This document shows, in pieces, positions 9,369 through 18,448 of a stretch of DNA of 24,065 bases. The stretch spans positions 1 to 24,065 of the forward strand of contig CAYSHM010000034.1 in assembly GCA_964430885.1 (NCBI GenBank), written 5' to 3'. The notes beneath the pieces are model-generated. The model saw only the letters and a program-made list of their open reading frames with translations. It was not told where the DNA came from and ran no database searches. Source of the DNA: an uncultured archaeon (GTDB taxonomy: Archaea; Thermoplasmatota; Penumbrarchaeia; JASLWR01). Both the position numbers and the translations under genes were made by a program. The number at the start of each line of letters is the position of its first letter. Within the stretch, counting starts at the first letter, position 1.

Positions 9369-12300
9369 CTAAATCTCGTCTATCCGTCCGCCTACACCGC
9401 AGAAGGGACACTCCACCATTACTGGAAGTTCCTCTATCAATGCCATGTAGGCCTTGCCGCAATCATGGCAGTCAACCCTCAATTTCTCCGGAGGATCAAA
9501 TGTCTGTTTCTCGGGTTTGGGGGCTGGGGGCGGCGCCGGTTCTTCCTCTGCCTTCCCCACCATGGCTTCAAGGGCCCCGAACACCGAATCCAGTGACAGG
9601 TCCTTCTTCTCCTCAGGTTCCTCTGGGATCTCCGGTTCAGGGGGTTCCTCTGCTTCCGGAAGGTCCTCGGGAGGAGCAGGAGGCAGGGCCATCTTGTTCA
9701 GGTCCTGAGCTCCATCGTTAGTGGTGAAAACCGGAAGCTGGTATTTAGGCGGTCCCTCAGGTACGGGGGTTGGAGGAGGAAGCGGTCTATCCTCGGGTGC
9801 AGGGGGCAGGGCTGGCAGTTTAGGGTCAGCTCCCGAAGCCAACTGTTTGTCATCAGGCGCTACTACCGGTCCGGGAAGCTGAGGCGCAGGCTGTGGCGGA
9901 GGAATGTATGCAGGACCGCCCTGGTAGGCAGGTTCCGCGGTATTATAGGAAGCCTGGGTCCATGGCTGTCTAGGGGACTGCGCATAAGGGCCGGAAGCTT
10001 TCTTGGGGGTAGTAGGTTTCTCAGGTTCCTTCTCCTCCTTGGACCGTCTCACTATGAGTATAACGAAGATCATGGTTATGATCAGAAGCAGGATCACCGC
10101 CAATATGATCCACCACCACCAGTTCAAACCGTCATCCTTGCCCTTCTTGTCCCCGCCTCCGCTGACCACATCATCGTCGTCATCAGCGTTGGTAGTATCG
10201 TCGTCACCGGTGGTGGTGTCATCATCACCTGTGGTATCATCGTCGCCGTCAGCCGCCCCCTTCTTCTTGACCTCCACATCAACATCCTTGGTGACATTGT
10301 TACCGAAACCGTCGTTAACCCATACCTCAACTGAATACTTACCTACAGGAAGCTGGAGCCAGAATGATTCGTTGGTTCTTGAGAAATTATCTATGTCATC
10401 GCTGCGCCAATAAAAGGAAATGTTGTCGCCGTCCAGATCGGTACTGTTGCCAGCGTCGAAGAATATGTCAGTCCCCTCTGCAACTGTCCTCTCGTCCTTG
10501 GACGGATGGGATATCTCCACGCTGGGTAGTGAGGTCACATTGATCCTGTGATGATCCGAGATATTATAGCTGTTCCCCACCTGATCCCTGGCTCGGAAGC
10601 GTATGTAATTATCCCTGCCCCAGTCCATTTCCACAATACAGTCCACCCTGACCAGAGAACCCGGGAATATATCAGAACCCGAAGGCACCCCCCATTCACC
10701 AAAATTATCCTCAATATCACCGTTGACAGAGATGGAATACTCAATGGTCTCCATGTCAACTCCGGAGCCCTCGTCCCTGAGATAAACGGTGCATCTGACC
10801 TCTTCGGGATCGTCCGCCTCCTCAATGGAGAAATCGGTGAACTCCACACCGGAAACATCCACCAGGACGCTGAACACGTCGGAATAGGCAATTATGTTCC
10901 TGGCATGATCGGTACCTCTGAAAGCTACTGTATTGTCAATACCTTCACTATAGTTGTAGGTGACCTCTATCTTGTACTTGGAGCCGGAGAGTTCGGTGAT
11001 ATTGGCAGGATCCACTGTTAGCCAAGGACCTGGGGCACTCTCCCCGTCCCTCTTGAACTGGGCCTGCACAGTGCTGAGATTGATTCCGCTGTAACCGTCA
11101 TCCTGAACAATAATAGTACTGGTAACCTCCTTTGACGGAGACCAGTCCAGCTCCGATGGCAATATCTCATCCTGGAATATAAGAGGTGTGGCGTCAACCT
11201 TGATGTTCAGGGGCATTGATTCAACCAGCTGGTTCTCGGCTATATCCTTGGCCCGCCATTTGATATAGTTATCCCCTCCTTCACCGAGCCTGGCGCTGAT
11301 GACAGGGGTAACTGTGAATCCCGATCCAGGGTCCCAGACCGGTGTCCAGGGACCGAAGAAGCCAGGTCCCGAGGTGGATATTGAATAGGATACGCTCTCA
11401 GGGTCTATGCCGGTGCCGTTGATATCATCGCTTATCCTCACTGAGCAATCAAGGGATGTGGTGTTGTACCAGATACCTTCAGGGGGAGTGAAGTTCGAGA
11501 ACACAGGTCCAGTAAGGTCCACCGTTATCCAGGTTACCGACGAGTGTCCTATGTTGCCCACATTGTCCTCGCACCAAATATAGATGGAATTGTTGCCCTC
11601 AAGCAGACCCGTGAGTTCGGACGCCTTCTCTGTAGTAAATGTACCATTCCTGGTTCCATATCCGTCCTCAAGAGAATAATAGTATCCAAGAAGCCCGGAT
11701 TGGTTGTCCTTGACCTCGGACCATGTGAAATTGATGGATGAGAATTTGGTAAATGTGGATTCGTCACCGTATGCATGGCATATTATATTTGCAGGCGGAG
11801 AAGGGGCTATGGTATCTATCTTCACCGGAAAGGTGAGGTTTGATTGGCAAATTCCATTCTCGGTGATGTTCTCGATGGTTATACTGTACTCCTCGTTGAG
11901 ATTGGTGGATGAACCGGTGGTTATGTTGACGGATATCTCCTGACCGCTGGAATCCTCGACCCACCATTTATTGCCCCCAGTATCCTCCACCAACACCGAG
12001 AAATGCTCGTCTGCAGGGAAAACCTCAGGAGCTCCTTCATAGCTAACCGTCAGCCCGCTCATTACCAGCTTCTCATTACCTGGAAGCCAATCATCCGGGG
12101 CAAGCTCCCCGAAGTTCTGGCTCTCAAGTGTTGCATTACCCACGAACTCCAGATCGTTCTCTATACTGCATATGTCCGGGAACCTGGAGAACACCACTTC
12201 TCCTGTATCGGCGATCATCTCAGTGTAGCAGTCCACCTGTCTCTCGTGGGGGAAGGTAAAATTGAATATCAAGGTGAAATTGACCCATAAGAGGTTCTCA

Positions 12301-13259
12301 AGGTCGCTGGTGACATCGCATTCTCCCAGAAGAAGCTCCACATGGCCGCCGTTATCCCTTGACTTGTAAAAAACCTGGTTGGTCCAGTTGTACACAAGGG
12401 TGGCATTGGTGGTGTTGTAGTCCAAGTAGACCCTTAGTTCCGAGGCGTCATCAATGGTACCCGAAGAAGTTACATTGACCTGGAGAGTATAGTTCGAGTA
12501 GCGGGTGAAACATGTACCGTCCGGGAGGGTCGGTTCAATTATTCTCATGCTGTCCACTACCGGAAGATATACGAATGGTATGTTCATTCCGCTTCCGGCC
12601 AGGGTGCCCTTTGTGGGATTCATGTTGTTCCGCCAATCCGCGTTGGTATTTGTATCCTGGTCGCCGGTTCGGTACTCCGCCATGTTATTCTGGGCAGGAG
12701 GCACAGGCTGTCCGACCCAATCATTGGGAGCAGGGGTTACCGGCTGCAGGACCTGGGGATTTATATCACCGCAGATCACCATATCGATTATCTTGTTCTG
12801 GGTATCAACCAGGATGGCACCGTGGTCCCTGGCCCCTCCTCCTGACACCCACATGATATTGGCTCCGGTGAAAAAATTGGGATAGGTTCCAGGCGCTCCG
12901 CCGTTCTCGGTAACTGTGAATATCCCTCCTGCAGGGACTATGGTATTGGGGAACGTGAAGGTAAAATCCGGATTGGGGTAATTGGACCCCTCGTCATATC
13001 CGTGAAGCTTCCATCCGGTTATGGTTAGGGGAGTAACACCCACATTGACCATTTCGCAGAAATCCTGGTCGCCGGTCATCTCGGTTATTACTATTGAAGT
13101 TGAACCCATGGATCGGGTACCCAACGATGAAACAGAGGTGTTGTTTTCCTCATTGAATATTTCCGCGCTGCTGTTATCTATCTCTCTGAAGGATATATGT
13201 GTGCTCATGGTTAGAATGATCAATGACATGATGACGGTGAATACGGCAGATGATCTCAT
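9369..13259 (-). CDS. Large single-pass surface glycoprotein, paralog 1: lamin-tail-like N-terminal domain, Ig/FN3-like repeats, PKD-like domain, TM, Pro-rich tail, C-terminal zinc ribbon
   Basis: N-terminal hydrophobic signal; IVITEM...DFCEMVNVG...ITGWKL (LTD-like); FDAGNSTDLDGDNISFYW (PKD-like); Asp/Thr linker; WWWW+TM+RRSK; CHDC-x16-CPFC. ATG 13259 has SD GAGGGTG (track start GTG 13268). Confidence 0.85.
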   Translation of the reverse strand: MRSSAVFTVIMSLIILTMSTHISFREIDNSSAEIFNEENNTSVSSLGTRSMGSTSIVITEMTGDQDFCEMVNVGVTPLTITGWKLHGYDEGSNYPNPDFTFTFPNTIVPAGGIFTVTENGGAPGTYPNFFTGANIMWVSGGGARDHGAILVDTQNKIIDMVICGDINPQVLQPVTPAPNDWVGQPVPPAQNNMAEYRTGDQDTNTNADWRNNMNPTKGTLAGSGMNIPFVYLPVVDSMRIIEPTLPDGTCFTRYSNYTLQVNVTSSGTIDDASELRVYLDYNTTNATLVYNWTNQVFYKSRDNGGHVELLLGECDVTSDLENLLWVNFTLIFNFTFPHERQVDCYTEMIADTGEVVFSRFPDICSIENDLEFVGNATLESQNFGELAPDDWLPGNEKLVMSGLTVSYEGAPEVFPADEHFSVLVEDTGGNKWWVEDSSGQEISVNITTGSSTNLNEEYSITIENITENGICQSNLTFPVKIDTIAPSPPANIICHAYGDESTFTKFSSINFTWSEVKDNQSGLLGYYYSLEDGYGTRNGTFTTEKASELTGLLEGNNSIYIWCEDNVGNIGHSSVTWITVDLTGPVFSNFTPPEGIWYNTTSLDCSVRISDDINGTGIDPESVSYSISTSGPGFFGPWTPVWDPGSGFTVTPVISARLGEGGDNYIKWRAKDIAENQLVESMPLNIKVDATPLIFQDEILPSELDWSPSKEVTSTIIVQDDGYSGINLSTVQAQFKRDGESAPGPWLTVDPANITELSGSKYKIEVTYNYSEGIDNTVAFRGTDHARNIIAYSDVFSVLVDVSGVEFTDFSIEEADDPEEVRCTVYLRDEGSGVDMETIEYSISVNGDIEDNFGEWGVPSGSDIFPGSLVRVDCIVEMDWGRDNYIRFRARDQVGNSYNISDHHRINVTSLPSVEISHPSKDERTVAEGTDIFFDAGNSTDLDGDNISFYWRSDDIDNFSRTNESFWLQLPVGKYSVEVWVNDGFGNNVTKDVDVEVKKKGAADGDDDTTGDDDTTTGDDDTTNADDDDDVVSGGGDKKGKDDGLNWWWWIILAVILLLIITMIFVILIVRRSKEEKEPEKPTTPKKASGPYAQSPRQPWTQASYNTAEPAYQGGPAYIPPPQPAPQLPGPVVAPDDKQLASGADPKLPALPPAPEDRPLPPPTPVPEGPPKYQLPVFTTNDGAQDLNKMALPPAPPEDLPEAEEPPEPEIPEEPEEKKDLSLDSVFGALEAMVGKAEEEPAPPPAPKPEKQTFDPPEKLRVDCHDCGKAYMALIEELPVMVECPFCGVGGRIDEI
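10170..10250 (-). repeat. Coding tandem repeat GDDDTT(T) x3, acidic/Thr linker
   Basis: Translates as DGDDDTTGDDDTTTGDDDTTNADDDDD just before the TM helix. Confidence 0.85.
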
Positions 13260-13345
13260 AACGGACACCCTCTTATAATAATCGATCTAAATGGATAATG
13301 CTGAATTCCCAAAAGAAATCAATCGAACAAATAATGTTGATATAA

Positions 13346-13353
13346 TATATAAA
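13346..13353 (-). promoter_or_regulatory. Putative TATA box TTTATATA for paralog 1
   Basis: Consensus archaeal TATA on the minus strand; the same octamer precedes paralog 2. Confidence 0.5.
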
Positions 13354-13367
13354 ATCATCTAAAATCT

Positions 13368-13412
13368 AAAAAAGGGGGGGGAGGAGGGAAGGGGATTCAA
13401 TCCTTCACCCCC
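13368..13412 (-). terminator. Putative terminator after SPFH gene
   Basis: Minus strand reads GGGGGTGAAGGATTGAATCCCCTTCCCTCC (imperfect stem), then a C-run and a T-run. Confidence 0.5.
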
Positions 13413-13449
13413 ATACTCTATTGAAAAACCTATTAACTATATATTGTAT

Positions 13450-14490
13450 CTAGGTAGTTATGTTGCCCATGTCCAGTATAACTGGCGTACCATCTGCTCC
13501 GCTTGGTACTATCACGAACTTGACATTGCTGCCGGGGTCGCTGAGGGCCTGCATATAAAGATACTGAAGATATATGGTTGCACTGTCGGCATCATCCTCG
13601 ATGCTGAACTGGTTCTGGATCTTGGCTATTGCCGCAGCACTGCCGTTGGCCTCTATCACCCTTTTTTCCCGCTCGGCATTTGCAGCGATAACGGTCACAT
13701 TGTAATCCGCGTTGGCGTTGGCTATCTTCTTTTTCACGCGTTCCATCTCGGAAAGATACTCATTATGTGCAGTTGTGATCTCGATCTCCGACTGCTGTCT
13801 CGCCTGGGAAGCCTGCTGAACGTTCAAAGGCAGTTCCACATTACGGAGAGATACCTCTTCCACGATGACATAGAAGTCAGTAAGATAATCCGTCAGATCC
13901 GATGATACCTGAGCCTGTATCCAGGATTTCTGCTTGTTTATCTCGATACCTGACAGGTTGTTCAGGGCTATTATCTGCCGGACCCTGGAACGCAGACGCT
14001 GGATTATCTTTGTCTCTATGTAGTCAGGATTATCAACTATCAGCTTTCCTACCTTGGCCTTTTCTAGATGATAGACCACCTGAAAATCCATGGGCACGTT
14101 GTAACCGGAGCCGTCGCCCTCCACAGAGGTAACATCGACAGTCTCCTGCACTGACTGGGTATTGTACCTGTACAGCTCCATGGAGGACAATGGGTTCTTG
14201 ATGACCCATCCGCTGTCCTTCTGGGCTCCAATGCTCATTCCGTTAGTATATACTCCCACATGACCTGCGGGCACCCTTCTTATGCTCAGACCTGCAAATA
14301 CGGCAAGAAGGAACAATAGGGTAAAACCTATTGCCATGCCTCTTCTCTTCTTTACAAGCTGGTTCTTTCTCTGTTCCAAAAGCTGTTTGGTTATCTCGTA
14401 GTCGTCCATCCTCTGGGCCTTGGACTGCTCCTTCAAACGCTGCTGGATCAACTTTTCCTTTTGTGGGTCGACGCTTCCAGTATTAGGCAT
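13450..14490 (-). CDS. SPFH/band-7 (prohibitin-like) membrane protein with N-terminal cytoplasmic extension
   Basis: One TM, then SIRRVPAGHVGV, VPMDFQVVYHL, IVEEVSLRNVELP and the coiled-coil AEREKRVIEANGSAAA. ATG 14490 has SD AGGAGG at 14499-14504. Confidence 0.9.
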   Translation of the reverse strand: MPNTGSVDPQKEKLIQQRLKEQSKAQRMDDYEITKQLLEQRKNQLVKKRRGMAIGFTLLFLLAVFAGLSIRRVPAGHVGVYTNGMSIGAQKDSGWVIKNPLSSMELYRYNTQSVQETVDVTSVEGDGSGYNVPMDFQVVYHLEKAKVGKLIVDNPDYIETKIIQRLRSRVRQIIALNNLSGIEINKQKSWIQAQVSSDLTDYLTDFYVIVEEVSLRNVELPLNVQQASQARQQSEIEITTAHNEYLSEMERVKKKIANANADYNVTVIAANAEREKRVIEANGSAAAIAKIQNQFSIEDDADSATIYLQYLYMQALSDPGSNVKFVIVPSGADGTPVILDMGNITT

Positions 14491-14607
14491 ATCGATTTCC
14501 TCCTGTATTTCAAAATTTAATAAAACTGACTTTTCAGCAATATTCAAAATTCGCTATACATGAATGCTATCAAGGGATATATTATTATCTTACAAATATC
14601 AAGATGG

Positions 14608-17600
14608 TCACGGACCCTCAAGCTGGCCCTGGGAACCGCATTCAGGACAGGTGACGACCGCAGGGTAGCTTTCTATAAGGGTGCTGTATTGGGCCCGGCA
14701 AACATGACATTCAAGGGTCATACTGGACCCCTGGGCAGAGGGGGAAGGTGTGTCATTTCGGGCAGCGGGAATATCAGGAGGTGCCGGAGGTAGGGCCTTC
14801 TTGTTCAGATCCTGAACTCCGCTGCCGGTATCAAAACTGGGTAATGCGTATTCAAGCTCAGGTTCCGGCGGCCCGGGCGGTTTCTGTCCCTGAGGAGCAG
14901 GAGGCAGTGCCGGCAGAGATACTTCAGGACCGCCGCTAAAGGCAGGCGGAGGCGGAAGCTGATGCCTCCCCTCACCTGCAGGAGGGGGGAAGTGAGCGCC
15001 TTGAGGCGGTTGGATAGGGGCCTGCAGTTGCATCTGGACCGGATACTGATTGAGTGAAGGACCCCCACCGTATGGCGGCGAGGGACCTCTGGGGGGTTGA
15101 GGACCAGGAGCGAATGGCGCCGGCTCGGGATGGGGTTCAGCCTTTTCCTCTTTCTTCCGCCTTCTCACCACAATGAACAGCAGGAGCAGTATCAGAAGCA
15201 GTACAACTATGATGATCAATATCCATAACCAGCATATACCTCCGTCACTGGAAGCATCCAGTACGCCCCCTCCGCTGTCATCATCGTCATCTCCGGTACT
15301 GCCGCCTCCCTTTTTACCCTTGATATCCGCCAGGACGTCTGCACTGATATTGTTCCCGTCAGCATCCTCAACATAAAGTGTGATAGTATGATTACCTACT
15401 GGAAGAATCATAGAAAAGGATATGTTTCCGGACAGTGCACCGCTATTATTGGATACCCAGTAATAAGTCAGCGGATCACCGTCAAGATCGAAAGAACCGC
15501 TGGCGTTGAAATTGACCTCGGTACCATGAGGAAATTCCTGTCTCTTGTCGGGGGGATTTGATATAACTGCTTTGGGTTCCGAGGTGACATTGATCCTGAA
15601 AGAAGGGGATATGCCGCCAAACCATCCCACCATATCCGAGGCTCTGAAACGTATGTAGTTGTCCCGGCCCCAATCGTATTCCTCCTTCACATATACCCTG
15701 ACAGGCGTACCGGTGATGATGTCGGAAGGCGAAGGTTGTGACCAATCGCCGAAAGAGCGGTTGTCATCGCCCTCGATGGATATGGAGTACTCTATGCTGT
15801 CAAGATCAACTCCTGAATGAAGGTCAAATATCTCCATGGAGCATTCCACTTCCGGTGCGTCTTCAATGTCCTCTATGGTGAAATCCCCGTACTCAACGGG
15901 TGAGGAGTCTATGCTTATCTGGAACATATCAGACAATGAGTAAGGGTTCCTGGCCCCATCGGTTCCCCTGAACTGGATGAAGTTATCGGTCCCTTCCAGG
16001 AAATCATGGGAAGCCTTGATGTCATACCATCCTTCCTCTGATGGGGTGATGTTGCCGGACAATACTGGTTCCCAGGGACTGAAATGTGTCTTTCCGCTCA
16101 CGGAGAACCGAACCTCAAGAGAATCAAGGTCAACTCCGCTGGAGCCTCCGTCCTTGACTGATGTAGTAAGTTCCACGGACCTTTCTGCAAACCAGGCCTG
16201 GTCAGGGGAAAAATCCTCTGAGAACACCAGGGGAGAAGCATCTATCCGGATATTCTGCGGAATTGATTCAACGAACTGGTTCTCAGCTACATCCCTGGCT
16301 TTCCATTTGATATAGTTATCCAGCCCTTCCTCGAACTTACACTTGGCAGATACCACCATGCTCATACTGCTTTGCGGCACCCACAGGGGAACCCAGGGGC
16401 TGAAGCTGTTGGGACCTGACGTGGATATAGAATAGAAGATGCTGTTCCCGTCTACACCTGTACCGTTTGGGTCTCTTATCTCAACAGAGCAGTCCAGGGT
16501 CGTGGCGTTCTGCCAAATGCCTCCGGAAGGAGTAAAGTTGCTGAAAACCGGACCGGTGAGATCGACTAGTATACCAGTTCCCGAGGCGTGGCCAATGTTG
16601 CCCACCCTATCCTCGCACCACACATAGACCGGGTTCCATCCCTCATGCAGTCCACCCAGTTCACCCTCGGTCTCCAGGGTGAAACTTCCGTTCCTTCCGC
16701 CGGAGCCGTTGCTTTTGGAGTAATAATAACCCAAAAGACCCGAGGCATTGTCCGTCACCTGGTCCCAGGTGAAGTTCACAGAGGGGTCCTTCGTGTAATC
16801 GGATACCTTTCCGTAGGCCAATGTCTTCAGGTCAGGTGGGTGGGACGGTGCGTCGGCATCTATCTTCAGCGGGAAGGTCAGATTGGTACTGCAGTATCCG
16901 CTGTCAGGTATGTTCTCAATGGTGAAACTGTAATCCATGTTCTCCTCGGTCCTGTTCAAAGCCGTGCATTCGAAATAGGCAAGGCTACCGCTGCTCATGT
17001 TGTTCCACCAGCTATTGCCCAGACCATCGTCCACCAGCACATCGAAGAATTCATTCTCGGGATAGATGTCGGGAGAACCCTGATATCGAACCGTTAGTCC
17101 AGTGAAGTTCAAACCCTCGCTCCCCCGTATCCAATCCCCTGAAGAAAGCGGGCCCTGATGTTCACCGGTTGCCTCAATAGCCCCGGTGAACTCCAGATCG
17201 TTCTCCACCCTGCACAGCCATGGATATCTATCCTCGGAATAGTCCCCTGAGACTGAAGTGATATTGCCGTAACAGTCAACCTGACCCTCGTGAGGGAAGG
17301 TGAAATTGAACAGGATCGAGAAGTTCACCCACCACATCTTTACACCGTCGTTGGAAACCTCGCAGGACGGAACCTCCAGCTCCACATGACCATCAGGATC
17401 CTGGAGCTTTAAGAACTCCTGGTTGGTCCAGTTGTAGCAAAGCGTAGCATTTGTAGTATTGTAATCAAGAAATACCTCAAGATGAGATACCTCCGCAAGA
17501 GCCTCCTTCACCGTTATATTGACGCTGACATTGTAAGCTTTGTGTCTGGCGTAGCAGATCTCATCCTCACCTGCACCTTCCACCACTATATCGTCTATAT

Positions 17601-18408
17601 GGGCAACCCCGCCCTGACCCAGCCAGTTCACCACGTTGAGAAAATACTGCTGGCAGTTGCCGTTGGAATCCCAATTACCCCCCACTCCCGAATAGGTCCG
17701 GCCCTGGCCGTAGAAGTTCACTACAGGGCTCTGATGGTTCCCGGCATTTCCTATGCGTGTCGCAGCCGGGGCTATGTTGTTATCGGTCAATTCCGAATCA
17801 TAAAGACCATTACTGCCTGAAACTGGAGAGTTCACGTTGTCCCATATCTCGTGGTCCCCTACTTTGCTGAATGAGAAACCGCCTGCATTATCGCCTCGTC
17901 CTATCCGATTTGTATATCCGAACATATCCTCCATTGCAACCCATCCGCCGCCTACAGGATCATTTTGGTCCACCATACCGCAGCTCTCGGCCCATGCACC
18001 TCCGCCGTTCTGCACCCAGTCCCTTACATCCGCCTCCACAACCTGACCTCTGCTCCTAGACCTGCCTAGATACACGACGTCATAATCCTGAAGAACAGCT
18101 TCATTTAGCACACCGCTGCACATTTCATCGAAGTCTATACCGCTGTTGGTAAGGAATGTCTCGGGAAGCCTGACATAGTTGTTCCCTCCACAGGAGTTGC
18201 TCGCATCGGATTGGTAGAACAGCATCTTGATACCGCTTCTAGTACCTCCCCCTATAGCATGCGGATTCGACATCTTAACCTCTGATGACATATCGTTTTG
18301 ATAATTACAGAAAAATCCTTCAATGAGCACTTCCGAGGTAAAAGGTACAGCCAATAACATGAGCAATACTAGTGATAGAACAAACTTGGAAAAATGTCTG
18401 AACAACAT
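14608..18408 (-). CDS. Large single-pass surface glycoprotein, paralog 2: alpha/beta (class I glutamine amidotransferase-like/DUF4350-like) N-terminal domain, conserved stalk, TM, Pro-rich tail, zinc ribbon
   Basis: Signal peptide; LQDYDVVYLG...VRDWVQNGGG; stalk collinear with paralog 1 (LDYNTTNATL, FNFTFPHE, ENDLEF); FNASGSFDLDGDPLTYYW; CHVC-x16-CPEC. Confidence 0.87.
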   Translation of the reverse strand: MLFRHFSKFVLSLVLLMLLAVPFTSEVLIEGFFCNYQNDMSSEVKMSNPHAIGGGTRSGIKMLFYQSDASNSCGGNNYVRLPETFLTNSGIDFDEMCSGVLNEAVLQDYDVVYLGRSRSRGQVVEADVRDWVQNGGGAWAESCGMVDQNDPVGGGWVAMEDMFGYTNRIGRGDNAGGFSFSKVGDHEIWDNVNSPVSGSNGLYDSELTDNNIAPAATRIGNAGNHQSPVVNFYGQGRTYSGVGGNWDSNGNCQQYFLNVVNWLGQGGVAHIDDIVVEGAGEDEICYARHKAYNVSVNITVKEALAEVSHLEVFLDYNTTNATLCYNWTNQEFLKLQDPDGHVELEVPSCEVSNDGVKMWWVNFSILFNFTFPHEGQVDCYGNITSVSGDYSEDRYPWLCRVENDLEFTGAIEATGEHQGPLSSGDWIRGSEGLNFTGLTVRYQGSPDIYPENEFFDVLVDDGLGNSWWNNMSSGSLAYFECTALNRTEENMDYSFTIENIPDSGYCSTNLTFPLKIDADAPSHPPDLKTLAYGKVSDYTKDPSVNFTWDQVTDNASGLLGYYYSKSNGSGGRNGSFTLETEGELGGLHEGWNPVYVWCEDRVGNIGHASGTGILVDLTGPVFSNFTPSGGIWQNATTLDCSVEIRDPNGTGVDGNSIFYSISTSGPNSFSPWVPLWVPQSSMSMVVSAKCKFEEGLDNYIKWKARDVAENQFVESIPQNIRIDASPLVFSEDFSPDQAWFAERSVELTTSVKDGGSSGVDLDSLEVRFSVSGKTHFSPWEPVLSGNITPSEEGWYDIKASHDFLEGTDNFIQFRGTDGARNPYSLSDMFQISIDSSPVEYGDFTIEDIEDAPEVECSMEIFDLHSGVDLDSIEYSISIEGDDNRSFGDWSQPSPSDIITGTPVRVYVKEEYDWGRDNYIRFRASDMVGWFGGISPSFRINVTSEPKAVISNPPDKRQEFPHGTEVNFNASGSFDLDGDPLTYYWVSNNSGALSGNISFSMILPVGNHTITLYVEDADGNNISADVLADIKGKKGGGSTGDDDDDSGGGVLDASSDGGICWLWILIIIVVLLLILLLLFIVVRRRKKEEKAEPHPEPAPFAPGPQPPRGPSPPYGGGPSLNQYPVQMQLQAPIQPPQGAHFPPPAGEGRHQLPPPPAFSGGPEVSLPALPPAPQGQKPPGPPEPELEYALPSFDTGSGVQDLNKKALPPAPPDIPAARNDTPSPSAQGSSMTLECHVCRAQYSTLIESYPAVVTCPECGSQGQLEGP

Positions 18409-18430
18409 AGCATTAATAAGGTGCTAAAAC

Positions 18431-18438
18431 TATATAAA
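18431..18438 (-). promoter_or_regulatory. TATA box TTTATATA; probable leaderless transcript for paralog 2
   Basis: 22 nt between the box and ATG 18408, with no SD-like sequence in between. Confidence 0.6.
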
Positions 18439-18448
18439 TCCTCCAATC

